Translations under genes and position numbers: made by a program
Shown: piece by piece, positions 27,101-39,100 of the stretch
How the letters are laid out: every line of letters starts with the position of its first letter
Position numbering within the stretch: the first letter of the stretch is position 1
The notes under the pieces: generated by a model
The model's database searches: none
Told to the model about the DNA's origin: nothing
The model's input: only the letters and a program-made list of their open reading frames with translations
Assembly: GCA_025786725.1 (NCBI GenBank)
Contig: JAHLTZ010000015.1
Span: forward strand, 507,951 to 571,950
Source: Syncephalis fuscata S228
Lineage: Eukaryota; Fungi; Zoopagomycota
DNA: 64,000 nt
Reading direction: 5' to 3'

Positions 27101-27303
27101 CCATTGCTCTTACAAGCCCTTTATTTTCAAGCATGTCGCGGGTTAACAATAGCGAGTTGACCGAATCAACTGAGTCAACCGATCTTCATGCTGATACAAC
27201 GTGTGACGGAAGTCTTATGGGCAAATTAGCTGCAGAGCGTCCATTAACGCCAGGTGCTTTCCCTTCGTCTCAAGATGCTGACTCGAAAATGTGCATGCGC
27301 TAA
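24194..27303 (+). CDS. STK32/YANK-like AGC Ser/Thr kinase, 3 exons
   Basis: MGNVHG start, GRGSFGKV, HRDVKPDN, LTDFNIAT, YMAPE and YDLEELL. Introns at about 24237-24297 and 26222-26684; the last exon is in frame with ORF 26725-27303. Confidence 0.88.
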
Positions 27304-27551
27304 TTAATATACTGCCCAACTATAATACCATTGTTCTTTATTTAGACTGTATTCTAGGTACCAACAGTCAGTCATTATGTTAGCAGCTTAACTATTATAA
27401 CACGTTCCAACATGCTACAATTATAATTATAAAATATAATATTTACATATACATACATATATATGTTTATTATATTAATGCTATTATATTATTCAAAATG
27501 AATTTATTTAATCATTTAGCTGTTTTTATAAATGAAATAACAGCCAAATAA

Positions 27552-28667
27552 CTACAGTTCTGCGTGCTCTGTATCTGCATTTTTGCCAGTTTCTTGCTTT
27601 GATTTTGGCTTCTCTGCTTTGGGTTCAACTGGAGAGCAGTTTTGAGGGAAATAGCGGTAAAGTGCACACTTGCCAGCACCAACTAGAAAGTCAGGAAGGC
27701 CAACTTCATTTTTAGGTGGTGCCCAATCCTTTGGAATACGTTCATCAATTACAAACGAATCGATGGATGAAGTGTGGATTTTGCCATTTCGGCCAAGAAC
27801 AAGAAGTAAAGCAGAACATTCACCATGGGCCAGCTTCTGCGGATTAAGACCAAACTCAACGTTGCGTGTATCGGCCTCGTCAGTAAGTGTTTTCTTCTCT
27901 TTAATCTGAGCCAACTCTTCATTTGATTGTATCTGTCGTAGATTACGGGCACGTGCCACTGCATTATAATCCAAAAACCCATCTTTATCGGCAAATCCCT
28001 TTAGTTGTTCTACAAGCGTTTTATCAGCACGCCAATGACGGTCTTTTCCTAAGGCTGGCCGGTAATCTTGTCGTGTAAACGATACATCGTGCTCGATAAA
28101 ACCATGACGCTGTAAATCGGACAAATCAAAGACAAGTCGTCTTCATTGGCAGTGTCTTTATCGGCACCAGATCGAGCATGCATTATCGGTTTAACACCAT
28201 CGACAAGTGTATTACGTACAGTTGGCGACAAGTTGATATGGCCCAGTGCACTATTAAGTGCCTTGCTATTGATATTTCGGCCATCTCGTGGTCTAAAACA
28301 TTATTATTATTATTATTATTTATTATTATTATTATTATTATGACAAATCATAAGTTTGTAGCTAATATAGCAATACGTGTCAATCTACTTACAAGTAACC
28401 GTGATTGGCCAATGTATTAAGCAGAGGACAAGGCGAGCGGGCACCATTTTCCGCTTTCTTGAAAGGTAATGGATGCCAGTCGGGCACACGGTTTCCGTCG
28501 TAGCGCATCGTAAGCGCATCCTTTGGCCCGTCAATCAGTGTTGACAACGAACTATAGATTTTATAAGCAGCGAAGCCCATAGTACCAAGAACAAGGATCA
28601 TAGGAAGAGTGATACTTTTGTTGGGTGCCGGCGTAACCTTTGGCGGTGGCGTATCGTTGAATTTCAT
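27552..28667 (-). CDS. Heme-thiolate peroxidase (chloroperoxidase/UPO family) with N-terminal hydrophobic segment
   Basis: RSPCPLLNTLANHGYL (PCP motif), IEHDVSFTRQD (EHD motif) and ERIPKDW. Confidence 0.9.
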
Positions 28668-29340
28668 GTTGATAGATTTATGAACTTGACGTAGTAATCG
28701 CAGGCAAAAAAGGACAATAAAGAGAACAAAAACAACTGTAGCGAATGACGAATGCACGACGGTTTATTTGTTCCATTTGGTGTAACACGAGTTCAATTTG
28801 TGTCTTATGTTAATAAATAACGCTATTTGCAAATAAATGGTCCAATTCCTTAGTAATGATTAATTATCAGTTTTATTCACAACCTATTTATTATTAGATC
28901 AATAACCAATGTATATATCATTTTATAGATTGTATAATAATAGTACACTATTCATCAAATACTGTTTATTTTATTTATTTATTAAAAGTTTATAAACTCA
29001 GCTATGTATTTTTAAATTAAATAAGCTTAAGTTATACAGTCACTGGTTTACAATACATTTAGCGGATATCACATTTATCGCAGTGCAAATTTTTGCGTTG
29101 GCGATTTGACCAATTACAGCAAATAATTATCTACTTTTTTCTGTTTGTCAGCTCATTGCCTATTCTCATCTTATTTTAATACACATTCGCTAACCGCTTG
29201 TAGTGTGTGACGTTAACGAATATTCTATTGTACTGCATAGCCAGTCCCTGAACATAATAGGGGTGATATAGGGGGCACAGTCACTGACAGTACTATATGT
29301 CTTGCCAATTTTAAAAGTAAAAAATTGAAATCGCTAAATC

Positions 29341-30678
29341 ATGTCAGCACCAGAAAAAAATATCATACTGACGACGGATGGTCAGCCATCCAGTCTAAGC
29401 GAGCCACCGCCAAAAGCCTCAATATGGGCATATTTTCGTTCTCCTCAGTTTATTAAAGCGCTGCTTCTTGGTCAATTGCTATCGCTCTGTATTACAGGAA
29501 GCAATACGTCCACGACCAAGTTGGCGCAAGAATATAATGTTAACGCGCCTACCATGCAATCTTGCCTTAACTATATACTTTTGGCGCTAGTCTACAATAT
29601 ATGGATTCTGATAAAACACGGTGGTCGTCATGGATTAATGTTTTATATAGCCGTGGGTGGAAATGTAGACATCATAGCTAGTGACTAGTTTGAGCTAATT
29701 GTTTTTACATAACAACAATAACAACTAACTAATAATTTAGACTTAATTTTAGGAATTGTCGACGTTGAGGCCAATTATTTTGTTGTAAAAGCATACCAAT
29801 ATACGTCACTCACCTCGGCCATGTTGCTAGACTCCTGGGCAATTCCCTGCTGTATGATTCTTTCATACTTTTTCCTAAGTCGTCGATACCGCTGGCTTCA
29901 ATATGCCGGTGTGCTGCTTTGCCTGGCTGGGGCCGGCCTTTTGTTCAAATCGGACCTTGAGGCTGATCATGACTATCCTGCACAAGATGCACTACGAGGT
30001 GATTTATACTGTATTCTTGGTGCGACGCTTTATGGTGTATCCAATGTCCTTGAGGAGAAACTGGCCCATACATACGAGATAACCGAAATTATTGGTATGC
30101 TAGGCTTATCGGGCGCAATAGTAAGCGGTATCCAACTATCAATACTTGAGCGAAAAGAACTATCAAGTATGACATGGTCTGGACCTGTCGTGGGCTATTT
30201 GCTTATGTTTGATATCTGTCTGTTTTGCTTGTACTCGTGTGCACCGCTTTTATTCCGTTTGTCATCGGCTACATTTTTCAACATGTCGCTACTTACCTCC
30301 GACTTTTACAGCCTTATTGTCGGCTTAATTATCTTTAATGCTAAGGTAATTTATGTGGATTACTTTGTAACTTGATACTAATACTAGCTCCAGATTAACT
30401 TTTGGTATGCAGGCGCTTTTATTGCCACTGTTGCAGGCATATTTGTCTACAACCTACGTAATGCGGAAGAGTTATCAGCAGTTAAAAAAGCTTCTGAGTC
30501 TGAAAATGGACCGTTGGAGCCGTCCAACAGTAAAGCCAGCGACGCAATTGAATCAGAATCAAGTAATGCTAATTTAATTAATACAAGTCACGCACACGAT
30601 ATGTCCAGGACGCCGCCCAGCACCGAATATATTTCGCTGGCAATACAAGATGAACCAGAGACTATACAGCAGAAATAA
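29341..30678 (+). CDS. SLC35F1/F2-like DMT-superfamily transporter, multi-exon
   Basis: LLLGQLLSLCITG, DVEANYFVVKAYQYTSLTSAMLLD, LYGVSNVLEE and SLLTSDFYSL. Confidence 0.88.
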
Positions 30679-32360
30679 TGTGTTTATGACTTTAGACCGA
30701 AATGAATTGCGAGAATAGTAATATCCAGTTGTGATTAGGATAGAATGTGATGGTTTTTATTGCATAAATGGCTGTTTTGCTTGTTGATTGCCAATGTGTT
30801 ACTGTGTTGATTACATCATTACTGTCTATTAAACATTGCTTATGATCAAACTAATTGTCTATGATTTGTTTAAATATATTTGATATATTTCGTCACAATA
30901 ATCGTAGATCATAATTAATCAATTCTATTAATTTAAATTATGTGTCTAAAATAAGTAGCATTTTTTGCTACAGATATGCATACAAATTTATTTTAGTATT
31001 TGCAAATAGCAAATACCACATAAGTAAATTTTATTAACATATTGCACATTCGTATTATTTATTTTAACAATAATATAAATATGTATAACACCAGTGACAA
31101 ACAATAGATATAGTGTGTATATTAAAATGATTAATGAATAAATTCTAGTGTCTTTACATTACTTTATGATTAATCATCAACATCAATACTCGAGTCCAAT
31201 GCTTCATTATTAGGAATACCATTACGCAACAGCCGATAATTAATAACAGGAATTGACTGATAGCGATAAGACCTGTATCAATGATTGGTAACACAGTGCT
31301 AAAAATAAACTGGTAATTCTTGCAGTTAAGCTGCAATGTCAAGTAGAATGACCACATGAACCAATCAATATATTGCATGGTTCAACTATTGCAACTAGCT
31401 TATGCACAACAGTGTAGGCATGCAAAGAATTACAAGTTCAATTTATTAATGCTGGTTTTGTATGTGTTGTGCAGTTTGAAAGAGGGATAAAGTAACTTTT
31501 ATTTACCGGCTATTAATAAAACTTGTAATCATTTATAAATCAAAGAGAATGTAGTTTGGTATCAAAACAAAACCAATTTTATAAAAGATTATATTGAGAT
31601 TTATTTAAAGGCAATGCGCTATTTTGCGAGTTATGCGCAGTTTGAAAAGATGCAGATATTGAGGATTAGAATGTTTCGGCGAAAGCAGTAGTAAAAGCAT
31701 AAAGATGTACCACCACTGCTTCTGTAGAACCAATAGATTTAGTTTGTATTGCATGGTCAAATCACGCACTGCACAGTAAAGACTAGCATGTGGATTTTTA
31801 TTATAGATGTACTGGATGATTGAGATTGCCGCGTCATCTGAGCAAATGCCAACAGGCTGAAGTAAAGATACAGCAATGGAGCATCATTATTTCTGTATAA
31901 CCAATGGATTCAGTTTGCGTCGTACGGTCAAGTTGGGGATTAATTTTTCAGTGAAAACAGTAGCAAAAACACAAAAATGCATCGTCACTGCTTCCATAAA
32001 ACCAATAGATTTGGTTTGTATTGCATGGTCAAATCACGCACAGCACAGTAAAGACTAGCATGTGGATTTCTATTATAGATGTACTGGATGATTGAGATTG
32101 CCGCGTCATCTGAGCAAAAGTCAAACAGGCTGAATTAAAGGCTTGGCTGCACATTAGCATGTCATTAGTACATTGCTATACGCATACTTCAAATCATCAT
32201 GTGAATACCTTTGAAGACTACCGTTGCACGTATAGAATGCACACTACAGCTATTCATCCATGCCTGCTAAATCGTCATATTAATGCATTTTATTGGTTTA
32301 CACTGTATTCAATGGTATATTCAATAGAATACACTGCTGGCGCTTCAAAATAAATATTAA

Positions 32361-32366
32361 TATAAA
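32361..32366 (+). promoter_or_regulatory. TATA box of micro-exon gene copy 2
   Basis: TATAAA 145 nt upstream of ATG 32506. Confidence 0.55.
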
Positions 32367-32505
32367 TAGCCCACAAAATACACACAACTAACCAGCAGTA
32401 TCATCATCACTTTCTACTTTCTGCCAACTACTCACTACTACCTACTTTATACTACTAAACTCTATTGTCTATTTTACTTGTTTATCTTAACAAATTAACA
32501 TTACA

Positions 32506-33630
32506 ATGAAGCTTTCTATCGTCGTCGTCGTCTGCACCATTGTCGTGGCCTTTGTAGCCAGTACAGCCATGGTGGATGCTAGTCCAGCTTTGGTTCGTCG
32601 TGGTATGTTGTAGTCATAATAAATTTGAAATTTGAAATGTTTGCTAACATTATGTTTAACCAACGATAATATTAGATGGTAAGTCGCAATTATTGACTCA
32701 TTATTCCAGCGCTTATCGTATGTTATCCAAATAATGGACATGGCAAATAGTTGGTAAGTTGATTGCACATAGTTATTGGCATAATAACTGATCGTTGTTT
32801 TTAATGTAAAATAAATAAAATAGCACCATTGGCTAAAAGTAGGTTTAATATAAAACAAATTATATTGCTGATACTAACATTGCCTATCTATTCTAATAGG
32901 AGGTAAATGACAATAAGAATACTTAATTGGCCATTTAATTAAATGCTGTTTATATTACCAAACTAGCACCACAAGATGGTAAGTAGTATTGTATATTATT
33001 TTATTTTATTTTGAAAAGCTTGTGAGCCCCCGCTGCACATAATTAAAGCATTTGCGCTGCTTCCCACTATTTTTGGACTTTTCCAAACTTTTAACGGGTG
33101 GACTGCCACGTTTTTGTGCAAATCCGGTCCATGTAGATCTCACGCGGGGGCCATCTTCTTTTGAATAGTGCCACACTGCACTATTCTCTTGAAGTTGGTC
33201 CCAATTGATTTTTCCTCGGCTATTCTGGCCAAAGCCTTGTTTCCGGACCTACTTATTGGGTTCTGGTTTGCAATTTGTTAACTAGAAAAAACTGGGAGGA
33301 TTTCTACTTAAAGATTGATTTAAACTAAGGTTTAAACCCGGAACCTTCAACTCGGGAAACGCTACCTTACCTACTGGGCTAGTAACGCTCCCGTAGTATT
33401 GTATATTGATTGAATATGCACTAAATATATACCGTACATTTTGTGTGTTTGATGACTTGTATTAATAGGCGGTAAGTAGTATTGTATATTGATTGACTAT
33501 GCACTAAATATATACCGTACATTTTGTGTGTTTGATAATCTGTATTAATAGAAGGTAAGTAGAAGCATATAATGCCAACTCATACGCTAACCATATGATG
33601 TTTATATATGTACTCATGATTATAGAATAA
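32506..33630 (+). CDS. Micro-exon secreted peptide precursor, copy 2 (9 exons): MKLSIVVVVCTIVVAFVASTAMVDASPALVRRDVAPLAKRAPQDGEE*
   Basis: Exons 32506-32602, 32676-78, 32751-53, 32824-38, 32900-02, 32967-78, 33469-71, 33552-54 and 33626-30. All introns are GT-AG and phase 1. Confidence 0.8.
32998..33392 (-). mobile_element. Apparently full-length tRNA-derived SINE with 15-bp target-site duplication
   Basis: TSD GTAGTATTGTATATT at 32983-32997 and 33393-33407. A-box-like TAGCCCAGTAGG (33381-33370), B-box-like GGTTTAAACC (33338-33329) and an (AAAAT)n tail. Confidence 0.72.
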
Positions 33631-34799
33631 CTGGTGCATTCAAAATATTGGCACTGATAGTATGATTGGACTGCGAGTTATATATATTTTAGGTATATAT
33701 TCGGCAAGAATCAAGATCATTTGACAACTACGCCATTCAGCCCATTCATCTACCAAGTCCCAGCCAATGCCCCGGTTTATTCAACCCTTAATCGATGGAT
33801 TTCTTATATTACCAACAAGTCTGTATTTGTTTGTATGCAATCAACTATACAAACTTGTAGTAATAAACATGTGGTTCCATCTTAATTGTGCTTGATTAAG
33901 CTATTATAGCTATGTTCATATTCCATTTGCTTACAAAGATTGCAAACATTAATTGATTAATATATTAACAGTAGACTTGTAAAAATGTGCTATACTAGTG
34001 AATAATGTAAACTAAAGTGATTGTAATAGCATTGTTATTTAAATAGCAATTAGTATTTAATTATTTACAAGCATATTATAAGTACTAAAATTATCATTAG
34101 TATGTAGTCATTATTACTTAATAAAGTCGCCATTTGATTAACACAAACCACTACTAAATTACTGCTTATTCACGAACGATATAGATTGTATATAACAACG
34201 TTACTATATCATTTGACTTGAATGTATGCAATGTTGTGAAATAGATACTGTATCATTGAACATTGTATAATTGGCACTTTTATGTTGGCTATAATGTTAT
34301 TCAATTTAGCTAGTTAAACAATTGTATATTAAATGGACTGAGTGTGCATACTAGTCAATGATACTGCTAGAGACAAAGAATATTAAGTGGAAAAGGAAGC
34401 AAGATGGATGAAAATGAACAGTGAATGTCATTGGAATGAATGAACAACGCAAGTAGTCGAATATCACTAATCAATATGCTGTAATTAAGTATAAGAAAAC
34501 GGAAACACTACATTGTAACTTCAATTAATCACTTGTGAATAAGTTCTTCCAAAGTAAATGTTAATAATTAAAGCAATCTTGTATTATTCATCAGCTCAAA
34601 TAAAAATAACGAATTTTTTTAGACTGTTCAAATACATATACTATATTAAAGTAAATAATTGTATGTAAATAATTGTAATAATTTGATTGGATTAAACTGT
34701 GTTTAAATCGTTATTCATAATAAATATTAATGTAATATCATTATCATTTCCATAAAGTAGAATTAAATGTAACATGACATTGTATTAGTAATAATATTA

Positions 34800-35311
34800 A
34801 ACATTTAAATAAATAATGTAACATGCCATTTGACTAATTTGAAACATTTGAGATTAATTATTATTGTTATTGGCCATGTGTAGAAAGATTGATTGATATT
34901 AATAGAAATCCTTGATTGCAATTCCATGTCATTCTGCATTTGTTGTTATTGCATCTACGTACAGCATGAATTCCTGCATCCAAATGCTTTCCTGTATATT
35001 TTAATATTCTGCTATTGCATTTTAAGCATATTTGTGATGTAAGATCAATATCAATATAATTATTATAAAAGTCGTTTATTAAACAACCACTTTTCCTATA
35101 GCCAATCTGACTAAATGAAGGACAATATATTTATATTCAAGCAATAATAAAGATAACTATTTAATCACATTATTGTATTGATAATTACACATGAATTAAT
35201 TAATATTAGTGCAATATTATACATGAAATATTAATAAATAAATGTTTAGTTGTGTCTAAAGCATTAAGAAAAAGAGTGTGAAATGGGTAAATAAAGATTG
35301 CAAAAGTCAAA
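34800..35311. mobile_element. MITE family A, partial copy (left end missing)
   Basis: Near-identical to 18850-19361. Confidence 0.7.
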
Positions 35312-35560
35312 TTACAATAGTTTACTAATATTCAATAATTGCTAAGTAGACTCATGTGATTCAGTGTCAAAAAATCAAGGCTAACATCCTTTACTTGATT
35401 GAACTACGCATTTATTGTCCTACTAGACATGGAACTGGATGGTAAGTTATATTAAATATTTAATTATAATGCTTTGAATACTTTACAGCAACAATAATAT
35501 GGATTAACATTTATTAGCATATACACTAGCGCATAGTCTCTACCTATTCAATTACTTAAT

Positions 35561-35965
35561 AATAAAATTCCACTTATTGCTTTTGGAGCTGCTCGATTTG
35601 CCACTTCTATGAAAGGCAAGGTTGCTGGACTGGCCAATCGTTACAGAAATGTGCTTAAAACTGCTGAGCGACAAGAACTTTTGGTGATTGCAGATATTGA
35701 TGAATACAATACATCAAAAGTCTGTTCCAAATGCAAGAAAAAGGAGATGGCAGGGTTATATCTGGAATAACACAACAGCACAATGCATAGCGTACTTGTT
35801 TTTCCAAACAAAAATTGCTGTACGGTATGGCAGTGTGATGTTAATGCTAGTAGAAACATGCACAGTATATTCAGTACAATGGCCAGTGGTGCACCAAGGC
35901 CTTCTGATTTCTTACCACCTATTAGTATAAGAAATCAAACTGACACTATTGTATCAACATCATAA
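35561..35965 (+). pseudogene. Fanzor/TnpB-like RuvC nuclease, C-terminal remnant
   Basis: A single frame reads PLIAFGAARFATSMKGK...IADIDEYNTSKVCSKC...*...HSVLVFPNKNCCTVWQCDVNASRNM...RP. This matches RuvC-II E, the zinc finger and RuvC-III D. There is one in-frame stop (35768) and the N-terminus is absent. Confidence 0.8.
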
Positions 35966-36149
35966 TCAAATGTAGAGTTTTATTGTAAGTAGCATGAAAT
36001 ACTATTTAACATTTATTAATACTAATATTGGATATTGGAAATAGTGCAGATTGATTAAGACACTGATTAATTCAATCGGAGTTGATGTGGCACTGCTTCA
36101 ACAAACCATTTCTCAGTAGTAAAAACGGATCGACAGCTTATTGTTTGAG

Positions 36150-39100
36150 TTATCGACCTTTGTAAATAGTTCGTGTACCAAATATATCCGAGCCAAAATA
36201 TTCAGCCGCCACTGAAAAGCCATCATCGGATCGTTCAAGCTAAATACGATGTATTAGTATGTCAAATAGCCATTTTAGAATAATACACTTACTTCTTGAT
36301 AGAATTGTGTATGGCGTTTACTAAGTTCCTCATTGCGTTGATGCATTTCTTGTATACGTTCAAGTTCGGGTGCGCATTTAGGACAACGAGCATCCATACT
36401 GCCGCCAGGAAGACACCTAATTCATTCCATTAGCAAGATTTAAGTACAGTAATTGTTCACATACCGTTGATGATAAGAGTGTCGACACATAAAATGAGCC
36501 ACTGGTAAATCTAATGCTCCAGAACAACCGGAGCAGCGGGTTACTTGAAATACTCGAATACTGTTGTACATAAGAAATGAGTGCTATAATAAACTAAATA
36601 CAAATTAATAGTTACCCCTCGTTTAACTCGGCCAGCTCGTTCTTCTTTCGTGTTGTCTCTTCTCGGCACCGTCTAATATATGCTTCATCCTATAATAGAT
36701 TATTAATACAATGATTGTATCTTGCCCATCTACTCACCTCCTCTTGCTGATGTTGTTCACTCTCTAATCGTGTACACAAAAACTCACGAATCATACCAAC
36801 AGTGGTGGCCGAGTTACGACACAATAACTGAAGTACTTTTAACAATGGCATTAAATTCTCTTGATCAACGCGTTTCATTACTATACGCAGCATTTCTGGA
36901 TGAGCCGATAACACCGATGGATTATCCGCCAAATAGGTCAATATAAGTGTATACAACGAAACATCCTTGGACCTAATAACATTATTTAAATATCCTTTTT
37001 GCAATATATTGCTATTTAACTTACCCGTATTGATCAAGTGCCTCCATAATCTTCGTAACATTTTCATTACGCATCCAAAACCGCATAATCTCATCGTACA
37101 TTTCACGTCGTTCGTAAATAATAACTTGGCCTTGATCAAAACCAGCCGTACGACATAGAATCAATGCATGATCCAAATCCAATGGAATCTAAATAAAAAT
37201 AACACCATTTTAGCTTAACCCATCGCTTGTTAATCGTAGTTACCGTAGGATTATTTAGCATGTCTATGGCACGTCCAGTTCGTCGATCGTTCTCTTCTTC
37301 CACATCTTCATCAATGCGCTCACATGGTGTTAAATAAAGCTCAAGTAATGTGCCATAGATCAATCGGCGCTCATCCTCATCATCTTCCTCTCCACCAGGC
37401 CATCTTCGTGCGGCAACCCCCTCGAGGAACTTGACCAGTGCATCATTATTACCGGCAAATGCTCCAAAGAATTGTCGAGGTGATGGTGCATGTACAGGTT
37501 GCTTTGACGGCAATGTCATAGGCGATTTGCTATTGGACTGACCACGTAAAGATGTCTGTGGCGTATTGGCCATATTTGGACTATAAACAGTCGGTAGATT
37601 AAATCCAGCTGCTCCTTGCGGCTCATCCTTCTTATCTGAAGAAGGCGAGGAGCTATTATTCTTGCTATTCTTATTATTCTTGCTATTCTTGGTTGGACTC
37701 AATTCCCCAGTACATAATTCGACTAACAATTGAATAGTTGGATCTGGTAAATGTTCCAAGAATATTTTGGCATATTGTCTCATAAATTGATCAATCTTAA
37801 AAGAGTTAATATTAATCCATCATCATTATTGGTAATAAAAATACTTACCTCATTGGTGGGTAGAGTGTAAATATAAGCAAGTGCCTCTGAATAACGTTGC
37901 ACATTATCAACCAGTATCTTTAAATGTCTAATAAATCATCTATAAGTATTATATACTATTAATAACGAGTACTCACGTTGTATGATCATTAAACTTTTTA
38001 GTTAAATGAAGGGCCAAATCGTAGTAGCCACCTCGTCGGCAAACCCGAATAGCTGTTTCAACATCAAATTGCACTGTATCCGATTCAGACTAGAAATAGA
38101 ATAAATATGAGTCATTTATCCATATATATATATATTATATTCTGCTATAACCTACTTTGATAAATTCGGCCAGTTTTTCCGCATCATTCAATTTGGTATA
38201 GCAATTGATTAATAGTGTTGTATGATCTGCTGTAGCATATCCACGTTTATGCAATTCTTGAAGTAAGCAGTCAAGTGACGAATACGCTGTGCATCCAAGA
38301 ACTAGATTTATTATAGATTATAATTAGCATTGTAGCCATTTATTTGTAATAAGCTATTTACCTTGCGAACAACATAAGATGGTTCCAAATATCCAAGTGT
38401 TTTTAAATATTGAGTCATTGCGCCATCATAGTCACCTTTACTATGAAGATGATCACCGTAACGACGTATATTTGAGCAATTGATTCTTGATTATATCCAG
38501 GTGAACGGCGAGCCAATGACACAGCCAATACATATAGATGCTGTTTAAATAGGGCATCCATTTTAACGGATGTTTCTTGTTCTTGTAGATAATATAACTG
38601 CAAACGGATTAATAGAATATAAATATTTTAATGTTACTATTTACCTTGCCATTATTCGAAATAAGAAATAGACCGCCTGAGGCTGTCACAGTGGCTCTTA
38701 TACCGCCACGTACTTCATCTGAATATGCAATATACTTTTGTAATGGATCAAATAGTGTAACTTGTGTATTTGAACTATCATCATAAAGGATTACCAGGTA
38801 AGTACCATGCCAAATAACTGTTGTCTTTGGCCCTATATCATTATTGTTATTATTGTTATTATTGTTATTATTGCTATTGTTAATACATATTCAAATAAAA
38901 TGGATCAATAGTAAGATAAGCAGCCATACCTTCAAATGCATAACAAGGACCACGACCCTCTGGTGTATAAGAGTAGATGGCTTCTTCTCTTCCGAGTACA
39001 AGGTCACCGCTGGCTGTATTCAATGCACCACATCCAAGTGCACAGCCATGCTCATCAATGACCTGTCGCTGTTCCTTGGCTGTTGTAGTATTGCATACGA

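Larger units (their letters stand above)
31180..34607. repeat. Duplicated locus, copy 2
   Basis: Inverted relative to 4254-8150; 33555-34607 matches 62150-63200 in inverted orientation. Confidence 0.9.

Noticed and set aside
28300-28340. (TTA)n and similar (TA)n/(TG)n tracts, e.g. 14733, 49686, 51106
   Set aside because: Ordinary microsatellites in introns or intergenic DNA.
33329-33392. Functional tRNA gene
   Set aside because: A/B-box-like motifs are present, but I could not build a proper cloverleaf, and it lies within a TSD-flanked insert.
33680-33700. TTTTAG|GTATAT in the 3' UTR as a zero-length exon or recursive splice site
   Set aside because: Conserved only as part of the duplicated flank, with no convincing upstream donor; cannot be supported without reads.
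35561-35965. Active Fanzor nuclease
   Set aside because: In-frame stop, substituted conserved residues, and no N-terminal or RuvC-I portion.
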